A stretch of 64,000 bases of DNA from the human T2T-CHM13v2.0 reference genome, Homo sapiens. Positions 12,941-61,975 of the stretch are shown one piece after another. The first letter of the stretch is position 1, and the number at the start of each line of letters is the position of its first letter. The position numbers and the translations under genes are program-made. The stretch lies in NCBI RefSeq assembly GCF_009914755.1, contig NC_060929.1; one strand, written 5' to 3'. A model generated the notes under the pieces. It made no database searches. It was not told the origin of the DNA and worked only from the letters and a program-made list of their open reading frames with translations.

Positions 12941-15900
12941 TGCCCACCCACGCTGACTGGCACACAGGCAGGGATCTCTGCTGCTGTAATTCACAGGCAT
13001 CTCCTGCAGACATTGCCCACTGTTTTCCCTGTTGATTGACACTGGATTTGGCATCTATCCAGGAAGGTCCCATGTCCACTCCCTTTTCAAGTCAGGAGCT
13101 TGCAAGAGCAGAAGCACTAGATGCCATGAGACCCCGACTGTGGTTAGCAGTGGCAAGATGGGGCCGAGCTGTGGCCTGGTGCCAACATCAGACTCCACTC
13201 TGAAGCCACCATGCACCTGCTTGAAGCGAGAGGTCCAGCATGATGGGTTACCCCCAGCTGTCACCCGGGCTGACTTTCACATGGGCATGTTATTCCCATG
13301 CTCCTCTCTCTGAGTCAGGCCCTCTGCCTGCTGCTTGGCCTTTGAGTCCTGTTGTTGATTCTTAGAGCCATCAAGAGAAAACCCCTGCCCTGCCCTGTGC
13401 CCTTGGGGTGAGGCAGTGAGGGCGCAGCAGGTGTGCGGCCCCTAGCTTCTGCCTTCATGGAGGGCAGGGTCTCCTTTGCTTGTCCCCAGAGTCTGTTACA
13501 GAGCTTGGCCCAGTGGGCTCATGGAATGTGTGCATGAGTGGTGCTCAGCATCTGATGGGGTAGATGGCCACGTAACCACATGACAGCTGTTCAGAAGGCA
13601 CAGCACTGTGGCTGGCAGCAGTGCAGGGTGCACTGAGAGAGAGGGCACCTCCCCACTGACAGAATGGTCAGGGAGGGCTTCCTGGAGGAAGCATAAGGGA
13701 TGTCTAAGAGCAGAGCCCTGCAGGGTTGAGTAGGATTACAAATAAGTGGAGGCTGTAGTGTGTTCTGGTGGGGAACTGGTGTATGCAAAGGCCTCAAGGT
13801 GAGATACGAGTAGCCCTAGGGAGGAAGTATAGTAGAGAGCATGCGAGGGGATGGTGTGAGATGAGGCTGAAAAGGACCCTCCTTTCTCCATTCCCAGGCC
13901 TGCCAAGGTGTTAGAAGGCAACTTCTAAACTTCCATGCACCTCAGATTCCTCAGCTATCAAATGGAGACACTGCCATCACTATCTGCAGGTGTTGTAGGA
14001 TTACACGGGCAGGGTGAGTGTGGGTGTTTTGTATGTGTAAAGGGCTGAGTGGGGTGTGGCCCTTTGAGATGACCCGGAATGACTAGGGACACATAGGAGG
14101 ACAGGAGAGGGCCCCCTGGAAAAAGATGCCCCTTGGGTGGAATCTCCAGTGGATTTGCCCATAATTAAATCCTGGAGGGGCTGTTAGTGACTGCGGAGAA
14201 ATATATCATAAGCACCTTGAGCTCAGTGAAAGTTCCTTAAAGTTAGCCCAGCAGTGGCCCAAGGTGGCATTTCCCTCTAGAGGATGTGGCCTCGCGGCCA
14301 AGTGCATTCTCTCTGGGGTCCAGCGGCCTCCTTGAGGTGGGAATCTGCAGCCAGGACCTCCATGGGACCTAATGAGGAGCTGCTGGCTTTCAATTACGTG
14401 CGCGGCCCTGGCTCTGCGCCGTTTGACTGACAGCTCATTACCCCACTGCCATTTCTGGGCACTGGAATTTAATCTCCCAGATGGGAAGCAAATCAATTTG
14501 CCCATCCGCCGCAGCTGAGCCTACTTGAACTCAACTCTAATTTATTCTCTTAAGCTTAGGAAGCCTTGTCGTTTCAAGGGACAGAAATATCAGGTTTCCC
14601 AGCCAGTCTGGCCAGAGAGTGAACAGGGAGATGAGCTGAGAGGGTCATGCCTGGGGCCCGACCTGGGTGAGCAGTGGTGGTCAGCAGGGGACGTGCCATC
14701 ACCCTGTGTCAGAAGAAGCTGGGCTCTGGCCTAGCAGGCCAGGCTGGTGGACGGGAAGGGTGTATATGGGAATGGGGGATAGTGTGACTCCTGATGTGGG
14801 GATCCCGGGTGCCTGTCCCAGGGCTCAGGACAGGAAGAGACTCCCCAGCAAGGCAGATCTGACCTCCTGCCTGCATGTGTTCTAGGGCCATGCCAGTGAT
14901 CATCACTCAGTGATCATTGCTCTGGCTTCAGGGCTTTGAACATAAGATTTGGAGGGTGTCTTTCTGGGATTTTCAGCTTTTTACTCTCCTCAAGGAGCAG
15001 TTACAAACCTGAAGCCAAGGCGGTGACCTTTAACCTGTGACATTGGGACTGTTTTCCTCCTCTGGCCCAGCAGGGCCATCAGAGGGCTTCCTTGCCAGGG
15101 AGTACACGACCTGCTAGGAGTGCTCTAGGGCACATTCATGCAGACACTGAGTGTGTGCAGACTGTGGTGGTGAGTGGCTGCTGTCCTCTGCTGTGGGTGC
15201 TGGGTCCCCCATCAGACGCTGGGGAGTCCCGGCACCCTGTTCTAAGTTAGCCAAGGGAGTTATTAGCAGAAGATCTGCAGACAGTTCCGGTCACTTCACA
15301 GAGCAAACTAGGCCAAGGAGGGCCTCTGGAGGAGTAGTGTCAGCTATGTTTTGTGGGAGACAGAATCCTGGCTGCTCTCTGGCCGGTTCAAAGGGTGTTT
15401 GTCTGCATGTTCTTCATTTCTATACTCTGCTAACACAGAGGGCTCTGGGGCCTCGCTGTGTGCACGTGAATGTATGTGTGTGTGCGTGTGCACCCATGGA
15501 AATGGGTGAGTGTGGGAGGGGTGGGAGTCGCTTAGTGGGGAGAAGGGGAGTGAGGAGGAAGTGCTTCCTATGGAGAGAGTGTTTCTAAGACACTCTTCTG
15601 TGAGTTTGACAAGGCAGCCCAGGCTGGGTTGGTTTCCAGGGTCAGGGAAAGGCCACTCTATTTACACACCTTTGCGGAGGAGCATGGAGGGCAGGGCGGG
15701 GGCTGGGGATTAATGAGCAGTGTTATTGCCTGTCAGGAGGCTCATGTGATATTGTTTTGATATGGGGGGCCCCCAGAAGCAAACACAACAGGCAAGTTAT
15801 AAGTGGAAGAAAAGGCGAAGAAAAGGTGGCCTCGCCCCAGCCATTGAGCATTCCCCTTCTCAGCAGGGAGTGGGTCCCAGGACTCCCTCCTCGCCCCATC

Positions 15901-16929
15901 GCCTTCAGGTGGATCACTGGAAGGCGGCACCAAGGCCAGCTCCCAAGATAACATCGGCCAGGAGTGCCCGGCAGCAAAAATTAAACATCATAGTTGCTAA
16001 TGAGTAAACTGAGCAAGCCCTTTTTCCAGGACCATTCGGGGTGATGGACGAGGCAGCCTGAGTGACAAATGAGGAACTGAGAGGCTTGCCTGACCCAAAG
16101 TAGACAGGCCCAGAGTGGACAGGCCCAGTGAGGGCTTCCACCTCCTGAGAAAGGCTGACCACCCCCAGGACTGGGAGGGGCAGGACGCTGGGTGAGAATG
16201 GGACACCCACCTCTTCTTTTTTTGCCTTAGTGTAAGCCAATTCCTCTGGCAGGGCTGACTGTAGTTGTGACCAAATACAGTCACCTGACCCTGAATGGGA
16301 GGGGGAATTCTGCCACAGACAAATCCATGGATAGACAACTCCAAATGCTGGGGATGGCGTGTAGCGAGCAGAGGCCAGGGCTGAAGTGGCTGTCCTAGGT
16401 GGGAAGCGGGTGAAGACTGAGATTCTCCACAGAGAGGGTGCAGGAGCTCCCCAGCTGGGGCTGATAGAGCAGCCTCTATGCCAGCTTGCCATCTGTTACC
16501 CATTGCTTTGCCCTCCTGACCTGGGAGATTCCAACCTTTCCTATCAAATTCAGCACTAGGTTTTCTGCCCCAAGAAGCCCTCCCTGAGCCTGCTCAGCCA
16601 GTGAGCAAAACTCCCTGCCCTGAGCCCCTGCCTTTTTAGCAGGTACTTCTCTGAGTTTAGTGCTTGCTGGACAATGCTTGCTTACCTGCCTTTGTAAGAA
16701 ACCCTTAATCCGAGGCCTCTTTCATAGAAAGCATTTAGTAAGTCCTTGTTGATCACTGGATTGCTTTAAATGCACATTCCTATTCATCTGTCATCCAACA
16801 AGTTCTGTTTATGTTCCCAGGGCCAGCCACACAGGAGCTCCCAGTGAGCACGTAAGAAGCCCTGTATAACCTGAAGAACAAAATATTGGGATGGATAGCA
16901 AAGGAGAGTTCAGCTCCAGGGAGCTCGTT

Positions 16930-17100
16930 GTAGAGTCAGAGCTGGGTTCAAATCCCACTTCCACCATTCATGGCTGTGTGACCTTAGGGAATACACTTCA
17001 CCTCTCTGTGTCATAGTTTCCTTGTCTGTAAAACAGAGATAGTATTACCTACCTCATAGGTTTGCCATGAGAAGTCAATGATGTATGTAGAGGACACACA
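16930..17100 (+). mobile_element. MIR
   Basis: gagtcagagctgggttcaaatccc...gctgtgtgacctta...agtttccttgtctgtaaaacagagatagtattacctacctcatagg. Confidence 0.8.
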
Positions 17101-18796
17101 CATACAGTGGCTGTTATTGTCAGTTCAGTACCAGTTGGAGCCACAGCATTGCGTTAGATCTCAGATGTCATTTAAAGGGGCCCATGGAGGAGCACTGAGA
17201 AAATCGTCTGGATTATTCAGGGCAGGGCCCAGCTGTTGAGGGCAAGAATTGTTCTTGAGAAATGAATGGGAGTGGGTATTGTCTGCCTAATGCTGCTGTT
17301 GGATCACAGGGTTGCATGGCTCTGAGTTCGAGGGAGGCTGGGGGGACTCAGCACAGCGACAGTGGATGGGACAGCTCTGTCGGTGACACCCACTGCAAGC
17401 CTGCCTCTGAAGGCTTACAGTGAAGAGAAGGGCTGGGCTGCAACACTTAACCTCTCTAGAACCTGCAGGATTTTACCCCCTCACAAAATACTTGCATTTC
17501 TGTTAAGTTTTACTAAGTGCAAACTTGTCTTTTGAATAGAGGCATGTGTGCATTTCAAGACGTTCCTTGCAGTTGCACCAATTTTTTAAAAGTAATGAGC
17601 TTTTTTCCCCCCTTAAAGCATGAGGCTGACATCAGAGAACAGTTTTTGATCCCAGTTTTAAAAACGAACTGAGTGGCTTAGCAATGGTGGGAACCCCAGG
17701 CAACTTGTTGGCTCACTTTCCCTCAGTTTCATTGAAAAGAATTTCTACAGTGTGCCCACATCACAGGGCATGATGCACTTTGGATTATTCAAAGTTTAGA
17801 AACATTTAGGTGATTATGGTAAATCATTCATGCAAACAGCGATAAATGCAATTTATTCTTTTGTGCAATCTTACAAGGAGAGCAGAAATCGCAGCCCTTT
17901 TCTCTAGTTCTCAGTCCTTTTGGTGACATCTAGTGGAAGATCTTTGAAAAACACATTTGCTTCTATGGTGTTCCTCCAAAGGTAAGCCCATCCAATTAAG
18001 TCATTTAAACCTTGGTTCCACCTACAAGTCCCTCTGTGTTTCAGTCTCTGAGTTAGAAATTCCAAGGCCAAATGGACTCTCTTTGGCTGCTGGTAAGCAC
18101 GTGCCATCCGGGACCCTATATCACAGTAGTCAGAAACTCTGCATTTGAATCTGGTTGTCACTTTTCAGCAGTGTGATCACCTCCAGCTAAAAAATGCATC
18201 TAATAATAGGACCTGCCCTATAGGGTTATTGCAAGGACCAAACGAAATGATACCCATGAAGGACTCAGCACAGTACCTGACATACAGTAAATATCAGTCT
18301 GACCAGCTAACAGTGGCCACAATTTTCCATTACCCTCCATCCACACTGCAGATCCTACCTGCACAAACAATGCTCTTGGGTGGAGGGCCGCATAGTATGG
18401 TTTGACTAAGCAGTTTGCTGGTATTAACTATGAAGTGGTATCATTTTAAGATCAGCTTCTTAAAAAGATAATGCAGTCCCCCACCTCCTCCACCGTTCTC
18501 TCTCATTTCAAATCAAGAAATAGGAATACATAATCTAGACCCAGCAAAGATCTTGGAAAAGAAACGTAACATAACTCCTTATGTTCAGATAAAATTTTGA
18601 AAAATCAACTTTCAGGTTTAAGTTGGAAATCTTTGCCTTTCATGGAAAAGATTGGTTGTGTGATGGTCTAGGACCTTCTGTTTTGAGGAGTTTGTATTAG
18701 GCACAGTTTGGGAAGGAAAAATGATCCTTTACATTCGGCCACGATATGAAGTGTACTGCATATTTCTTCCTGGTTAAAGTCTGCTTTAGACGCAGG

Positions 18797-18841
18797 CTTC
18801 TTTCTTTTCTTTCTCTTTTCTTTTTTCCTCTTTCTTTCTTT
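18797..18841 (+). repeat. CT-rich low-complexity / (CTTT)n-like tract
   Basis: Pure pyrimidine run visible directly. Confidence 0.7.
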
Positions 18842-19564
18842 CAAGAGACGGAAAGAGTCTTCTGTGTATTTTAGGCAAATTTAGGTTAAGGTGTAAGTGC
18901 CCTTTGAAGCAAAAAGTGTCCATGTTTTGCTAACATATATTTTAGCTACTCTGGCTTGGCTGAGGTCTTCCTAGATAATCAACATCCCTCAACAGCCTTG
19001 GCGGTGAGAAGGCACGTGAAAGCTGCCAGCACATCCCAGGAGCCTTGGCTGTGGCGGCTTCTCCTTGGAAAGCTCCACGCACCCTTCTGCCAGGGATCCT
19101 GTCCTGCAGGGATGACAGACCCAGCAGCCTCGGCAGAGGGAATGAGGCTCCAGCAGCTTCATCAGCAAGTGGCCAGGCCCAGCCCTAAGTCACAGACTGT
19201 CAGAAGGGGACAATGGTAGGAGAGAGCTGGGCTCAGGGTCTGGAGCCTGCCACATGCCACCTGCACGGCTTTGGATACACTCCCTCCTTCATCTGTGGAA
19301 CGGGGAATGGGGATAACACCCTGGCCCAAGGGTCACACAGAACCAAAAGGTGAGACTTTATAAAAATTCTCTCTACAAACCACTGGGGCCAGCAGATGGC
19401 CCACACCCACCCAGGTTGCAGTGAACACTGTGGAGCATCCAAGGAGTTGTGGGAGCAGGGTGGGGGTTGAGGGGGATGGACTGCCCTGCCCCCACATCCT
19501 GGGACTGCAGAAGCCGACTTAAGACCTGTGACTCACGGGCACAATAACTGGAACACACCAGTCA

Positions 19565-20163
19565 CAACAACGGTTTAACATTTTACTAAATCAACTCACA
19601 CAAATTCCAAATTGCAAATATAATTAAGGACAACAGATTCTGCTTTGCCTTATTAAATCTTTCATTTTCAAATCCATCAATAAGACAAAAAGTAACCAAA
19701 AATTAGGTCTGTTGCAAATTCATGATTCTTCTGAGGGGGGAAACCAAAAGAACATTAGAGTAAAAAGAACGCCACTGGAGGATGTACAATAAAGCACCAC
19801 AACACACGCTTACAAACGGGGCTTCCTGGCTTCGGTGACAGGTAAAAGACGCTGTTCTCCCCACTGCTGTGCGTCAATCAGGGTTTCATTAAAATAAAAC
19901 TATAAAATCTCCTAGGTTACACTAAGTCAGACACGGTCTGGAACACAGTGCTTAACAACAGTAATGCCAACTATCAGTGCTAACATAAAAACATTTTAGA
20001 AGGTCAAAAACAATTAAACTGGAAACCAAAGCCTTATTTTCCCTAGATGAGCAAAACTGAAAATGAAAGGGGTCCCACCTCCCAGTAGGAGTGAAGGGGA
20101 TTTTTTTTTTCTTTTAAACTGAAGGTGGGGTACATGGTGCAGCTGGTTCTGTCATTGCTCAGC
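19565..20163 (-). other. MACROH2A1: MACROH2A1 3' UTR (3' end approximate)
   Basis: U-rich, repeat-free sequence following the stop codon and ending at a variant poly(A) signal with a GU-rich downstream element. Confidence 0.75.
19582..19587 (-). terminator. Candidate polyadenylation signal AGTAAA
   Basis: tttact on + strand = AGTAAA on the gene strand, followed by GTTGTTGTGACTGGTGTGTT. I saw no AATAAA on the gene strand in the UTR. Confidence 0.6.
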
Positions 20164-55314
<35,151 letters not shown>

Positions 55315-55829
55315 CTGTGGGGAGCAGAGATGAGTGTATGGTCATGTTAGAGGACCATGTGTCCCCGCCCCGGTCCCCACATTCACAGTGCCAGGAATGG
55401 GCAGAGGCAGCTGCTTCAGGAAGCAGCTACCCTGAGGTGAAAAGCTGTGGGCAGAGTCACAGAGGTGCTGAATGGCAAAGCTGAGTGGGACCTAGGAAGC
55501 CCCAGGTCCAATGCCCTTGTTTGGGAGATGAAGGAACTGAAGCTGAGGGAGAAGGGACCAGCTGAAGATCACTGAGTGAGTGAGTGGGAGGGCTGAGATC
55601 TGAACCCAGTTCCAGCTCTCATTTCCCAGAAAGGGTGCTTGCAGTTAGCACTGCAGATGTCACCAGGGCCAAACCCAAAGTCCTCAGTGTGGTCCCTGAG
55701 AGTATACCATGCCTGCTTAGAGTTTCAAGGACAGGATGGCTTGCTATTGAGGAGGCCTGTTAAATCTTTGTTGATTACATCAATGCTGAATGCCTGCACA
55801 TCTGGATGCAAAACTGGAAGGATGTGACT

Positions 55830-56615
55830 GGATTCTTTACAAAGTCAACATCACAAATACATTTTTTAAAGTGTGTGTGTGTGGGGGGAGGTTGTTGTAG
55901 ATTCAAAAGGTGAAAAAGATGTAAAAGCCAAATATAATGTGTCACTCCTTGATGAAATTCTGATTCTTTTAATAAAAGCTAGGAAAGTCATTTTGGAGAC
56001 AACTGAAGAGCTCTGAATGTGGACTGGGTATCAGACACACGGGATTATTTTCTTAAGTGTAATAATGGTATTGCCATTCTGTAGGGAGCATCCTTGTTCT
56101 TAGGAGATACATGCTGATGTATTTAGGGGTGAAGCATCTTGATGCCTACAACTTGCCCTCCATTCTGAAAAAGCTCTAAGGAATAAAGCAAATATGGCAA
56201 AATGTTAACAGTTGTTAAATCTAGGTATATGATTATAAGAACATTCCTCTTTCAAGGAAATTCTGTCATTTGCAACAACATGGATAAACCTGGAGGACAT
56301 TATGCTAAGTGAAATAAGCCAGGCACAGAAGGACAAATATAGCATGAATTCATTTCTATGTGGAATCAGGGACTGGGGGTGGGGTCGGGGCGAATGTTGG
56401 TCAAAGGACATAAAGTTTCAGTTAGAAGAAGTTTTAATGATCTATTGTGCAGAATAGTAACTATAGTTAACAATCATGTATATTTAAAAATTGCTAAAAT
56501 AATAGATTTTAAAAGTTCTTAACACAAGGAAACAAATATGTAAGGTGATGAAATCAGTGTATTCTTGACATTCTGTATGTTTGAAATTTTTCAAAATAAA
56601 ATGTATGCAAGAAAA
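55830..56615 (+). mobile_element. Nested old L1 3' fragments (L1MA-like ~56245-56555 inside L1MC/ME-like)
   Basis: gaaattctgtcatttgcaacaacatggataaacctggaggacattatgctaagtgaaataagccaggcacag within sequence carrying ccttgttcttaggagatacatgctga and tttgaaatttttcaaaataaa. Confidence 0.75.
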
Positions 56616-59600
56616 TAAAAACTAGAAGGGCTATGAGCATAACCCATAGTTAGTACTAAGTTAAGAGCTGATTTACCTGCCATCTGGGCACAGTCTCACA
56701 AGACAAGACAGGTTTTCCACAGCACCAAAGATGGTGGGAACTAGGAAGTACCCTTTGGCAAAACCTGGTTTTCTCCTTGGCATTACAGTTCTCTTGGTAA
56801 CCTGTCAACCTCATCACTGTCTCCTTGTTTTCTTAGTGAGGCATACGGATAGACCCAGAATGGATCTTATATTCTCCACTTCTGCAATTCTGCCCACACT
56901 GGGATGTCATTCTAGGCTACCCTTCTGGGCCCAACTCAAATCTGACCTCCTCCCAGTACTAAAGAATTTCTAATATTTAGTTATGTTGTAAACACTAGAT
57001 TTCTCCAGCAACACCAGCACTCAGAATCATTATGAAATAACTAGGAAGAAAATTCTAGCTGCATAAAAATCGTGTGTTAAAAATTTACGGTATGACACAG
57101 GGCATGCATTTTTAAGAGGTACTAACAGCTCCACCCAATGCAAATAACCTGCTGTATGTGTGTAAAGCTGAAAAATTGCTTGGCTACTCAAGGAAACTCT
57201 CATATTAGCTTTGGGGGCAGGGGCGGGAGGAGATCAGACACACTTGAAATAGCAGGTTTCCCCCTAAATCCAAGGCAGGAATTCCTTTGCTCAGTAATCA
57301 CCATACTGATGACACACAACTCTGTGCTTGGCAGGAGGGACCCAAGGCACCAGGAGGCCCCTGTCTTCTCAGTGTTCCCAGGCCTGCAGGGCTACACATG
57401 CCAGTGATACAGAGAGTGATAAAGAATGCCACAGGGTCCCTTACCTGGGCTTTATACATGTGAGAGCCACAAAACTAAGGCAGGGTGGAAGGCAAGATAG
57501 CCAGTGCTTACATGGAATCTGGTGGAGGGGCTCACATTTCCCACTTTCACCCATCAGTCTCCACAACGCTATTCCCTTCCCTGTACCAGTGTCAGCACAG
57601 TTTAGTTTACCAGTGGAGGAGGGAGATGGCCACCCAGCATTTTCACTGAAGCTTCCCTATCATTGATCGTGGTAGTGTCCCAATGCCCAGCAGTGATGGG
57701 CCCACCTTGGCCAAGCCAAAAAGGTGCCTGTGATGCCTATGTGACCTTGGGCCCTGGGTACTGTGAATGCAGAAGCGCCTGCCTGGCCAGCCCAGCTTGG
57801 CCTTCATTCTCCTGTGTTCATGGGCGGGAGAGCACATCCGTAATGCCACTGTCCTGCCCACGGCCCAAGAGGATGCCAAACCAAGAGTCTAAGCCCAACA
57901 AGAACACAGAGCCTGGGAGCAATGGAACATGAAGGAGAGTCAGCCACGATGGGTGCTGGGCAGAATCCTCACGGCAGGAAGGCCTGAGAGGCATATCAAG
58001 CACCACTGAGCTGTAGCCCACTTTGCTGGCTTCCCCTCCCTTCCACAACCTTCCCCTTTTGGAGGCCACAACGAAGTTTTGGGCCATCGGTATCTGCAGA
58101 GCCAGAATATACAGGAGGAGGCTGATGGATTACAATCTTCTGACCATAATGTGCCAAGAATGCTTTATCTGCCCCCTCATTAACAGAGAGGAAGGGAGGC
58201 AGAAGGAGAATGCCCACAGTGGTGACCTGTTTTGCTAAGTCCTAAGCCCAACCCTTTGGCAAGAAAATCGTTTGAAGGTACAGTTTCTCAGGAAAGTGGA
58301 GGTGGCCTGTTTCCTCTTCCTGCCCAAAACGTTGGAGGAAGGCCCTCCCTGAGAGAAGGCTCAGTGGCCGTTGGTGGTCGGGGAGGAGGGGAGGGATGTG
58401 GTCTATATTTTCTGCAGTGCTGCCTTCACTTTTTTTTTGTGCAGGAAAAATGAGAATGATGGATAAAAAGACCTGAAGAGTGTGGTTGGGCCCCTGACTT
58501 GGGTGAGGGCAGGTAGTATGTAAAGAACAGAAAGCAACAGAGTAGCCCAGAAGTAAGCACATCGGGTTGAGAAACCTGAAAATGGATTCTCCAGGAGCTA
58601 GAGGACATTATCCCTGGCTTCGCAAGCTTTACCCCTTTATGCTCTTACTTTGTGACTGAAAAGTTCAGTAGCCTCAGTTTCTCCATTAGAGAAACTTGAA
58701 GGACCATGCTTATGTTTTGCTATTCAACTGGGAATCAGGGATGCCACACTGGACCAACCTGTAAGTGACAGTGAGTAGCAAGGTGGATAAGGAGGGGCAG
58801 AAGGAGGAGCATCTCAGCTCCTTAGAAAGAGCTGGGCAGGGATGTCATTCTGTTGCCTTCTTTACCAAGGAGCCCCAGAATCCAAGACTCTTCCTTTTTG
58901 CAAAACCCCAGCTCATCTTTTATCTGCACAAGCCAAAATTACTGCCTCTCCATACTCCTACCACCATAGGGTGGGCCCTCAGCCCTGTGGGTAGGGAGGA
59001 GGGAGCTGTGTCAAGTAGGGATAACAAAGAGGGGCACAGATCCACCTTCCAGCTAGTTAAGCAAGAGCTTTATCTTCTGTTTACTCTTGCATTTTTTTCA
59101 GATGGATAGTTACCATAGTAACCCCATCGTTAAGGGACACACAAGACAGAGCACCTCAGAAACACACCTTTTATGAGAAGTATATTCAGTGTCCCACCCC
59201 TCTCCTGTGCTGCAGCAGCAGAGGGCCGGGGCATTTCACCATGGCCAGGGAAAATGGAGGGTGCCCGACTTAACAAAAGCAGTAACCCAGAATACACACT
59301 CATCCCCTGCCAACCATCAGTAATACTCACCCTCTCATCCTTAGTCCAGGTTTAGAAAAAGCCATCGTAAAGGGCTTTCCTGGCTAAGAAAGAGTTGCCT
59401 GCTGCAGAGACAGCAGAGGTGCAAAATGCCAGCAACTCAACAAGATGGAACGGTTCCCATCTGCTCTCCAGGGCATGTTCCTATTCAGGGGGGAGCGGAG
59501 AGGGTGACTGACTGCTGAGGAATTGGGACAGGGCACACGTCACCAAAGGAGATGTCCTGATGTAGTTTTCTTCCCTGTAAGTGATCCTCTGCTTTGCAAT

Positions 59601-61767
59601 AATATGGAGGGCAAAGTCATGGAGGCCCCAGGCTCAGGGCTGTACAGCAATGCCTGCCTGCCCCCCATGCACACTGGGATGGCCCTCACATTCCCACCAG
59701 CAAGGAGGGCTTTCTCCTAGGCTAGAACAGAGCCAACTTAAGCCTCTGCCTCAAAGTGAATGGAGCCGATGCCTTCCTACAAGGGGGAGGGTGGGTTCTT
59801 GCACTCAATTCATTTCATGTTTTGGAAGGTTTTGTGAGTCTCTGTTTTGTCTGTGGCTGGTCTAAAAGAAAAGCGATTCTGAGAAAGATAACCAGGAAAA
59901 CACCAGATCTATGGACACAAAAATCCTTTTCTCCAGAGTTTCCAGAGCTCAGCCCTTGGATTCTCTCTTGAAGGAAATTTTCAGGAGCCACAGCCTGGAG
60001 GCTGTAACCAAAATAAATGGAATCCATAAGAAACCACAGGAAGAAACGGAAAAGAACAATTAGGAGAAGAAACAGAACCCCTTACCAGGTTCTCCACCCC
60101 ATCAAGCCAAGTATTCTCAGTCGGTGACAGTCTAAGTTTTGTTACCAATGACCAATACTAGACTGATTTGGGGCCCAAGGCGCTTAGGGTCTGCTCTGAA
60201 GAGGACTGTAAGTGTGGTAAAGTTCCCAATTATAAATGGTGCAAAGGGAACAAGTTGAATGGTGAGCAAACTGGCCAGCTCATTAACTCTTCTAAGATTT
60301 TTGTTTTTCAAAACACATAAGCCTCTGGTTCTCACTCCTGGCCAGGGCCAGTCTCTGGCAACTAGTGAGTGGCTGGCACCATCATCTGTAGTGGCCTAGA
60401 TGATGCAACCATATTCCCTCTCCTCAGAGCTGCAAGCCCTGCAGGGACATCCTGGGCCAAACGTTCCCCAGCTTCATTGAACATGACTGTTTTAAGGCCG
60501 CTTGACAAAATTCCCACATCCTTGGATAACAGCATGGTTTGGCAGCCTTTTTGACTACAGACCAGCCGTCTGAACATGAATACCTTTGACAGGTCTACTT
60601 TGCAAGTCCACCCAGAGACGAAAGGCTTAGGGTCCTTTTTCTTTTTTCCAAATGTCTTGAACTAAAACATATCTGTTGTATTGAAGCATTTTGTCTATCT
60701 TCCTTCAGCAAGATGAAGTCATGGTTTGCAGAATTAGACTCCTAACAGCTAACAGGTGATGTGTTGAGGCTGAGCCAAACTCTAAACACAACCCTTGCAA
60801 TAGGAAAGAGTCAGGGGCTTTAACGGAGCTGTCTGAAGCTCTGTAAAACAGAGCTCATTTAACAAAAGAAATACTGAAAATAACAACCAGAAATCAAAGA
60901 AAAGCAAATGTTCACGTAATCCCAAGGAGAAAACATGTTTGCTACAAGGCCAACAACATGACAAGGAATCTGTTTATTGTATTTCTTTCGATTCATCATC
61001 CTTCCATCAGCAGTCCTTTGAGTTCAGAACTGTTTTACACCATCCCAGAAGGCCTTAACCCAATCAACCCCAATCGGAAGGTGACTGCTAAGAGCTTCCT
61101 GCATTCTGACCACACCACAACCTCCTCCAATTCCCTTGGTGGCTCTGAGTGTTTGCAGCCGCATCCCAGAATCCATTGCCCCCATCCCACCTTTTCAGGA
61201 GGTTGAGTGGCAGGGTCTGAAGCTTGCCCAGCCATCAGCTGGGAGCTCTGGGCCACAGCAAAGCTCTCCATCTGCTTGTCCCAGGGGCCTCAAAGGAACC
61301 AGAATTCCATAGAGAAAATAAAACCTACAGCAGTGATTGAAAGTAGTATTCCAAAGATGGTTCCAAGCCTGACACAAACTCCTCTACTGTTGTTAAGCCC
61401 ACTGCAGACTCCTCCGAAAAGTCCAGGAGGAGCCAGGGGTCTCAGAGACAGCATTTGGTCCAGTCTTCTGCCTTCCCACAAAGTCTCCCAATAAGATGGA
61501 AATGCAGCTTAATTTGGGAATCTGTAAAGTAAGTTCCACTGACTGGAACTTTCAGCCCTATTTCAAAGTAAAAAATAAATAAGTTTACATTATACATAAT
61601 AACACAGGGGAGCTATGATTCTTAGCAAACATTACCTTAATCTAACCCACCAACCCAACTCAGTGCCCGAATATCTTCCTTGTCAGGAAGTTTTCCTCTG
61701 CCTTCCTCACCTCTGGTGCTGTTTCAGCTGCCCGCTCTGTCTGCAGGGGAGGGCAGCAATCGCAAAT

Positions 61768-61975
61768 GGCACTGTGGTGAGAGCCCGGGGTCTGCTGACA
61801 GACCGTCGGGGTTTGGATCCCAGCTCCTGTAATTATCTGTAAGATGTGGCCAAGTGCATCTAAGCCTCAGTTTCCTATTCTGTACAGGGGGAGTGATACC
61901 TGAGGTTACCTCTAGGCTTATGAGATTAATGAGTTACCAAGTAAAATGCTTAGTATACTCAGTAAATTCAAGCTA
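61768..61975 (+). mobile_element. MIR
   Basis: gtggtgagagcccgggg...gtttggatcccagctc...taagcctcagtttcct...gtaaaatgcttag. Confidence 0.65.
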
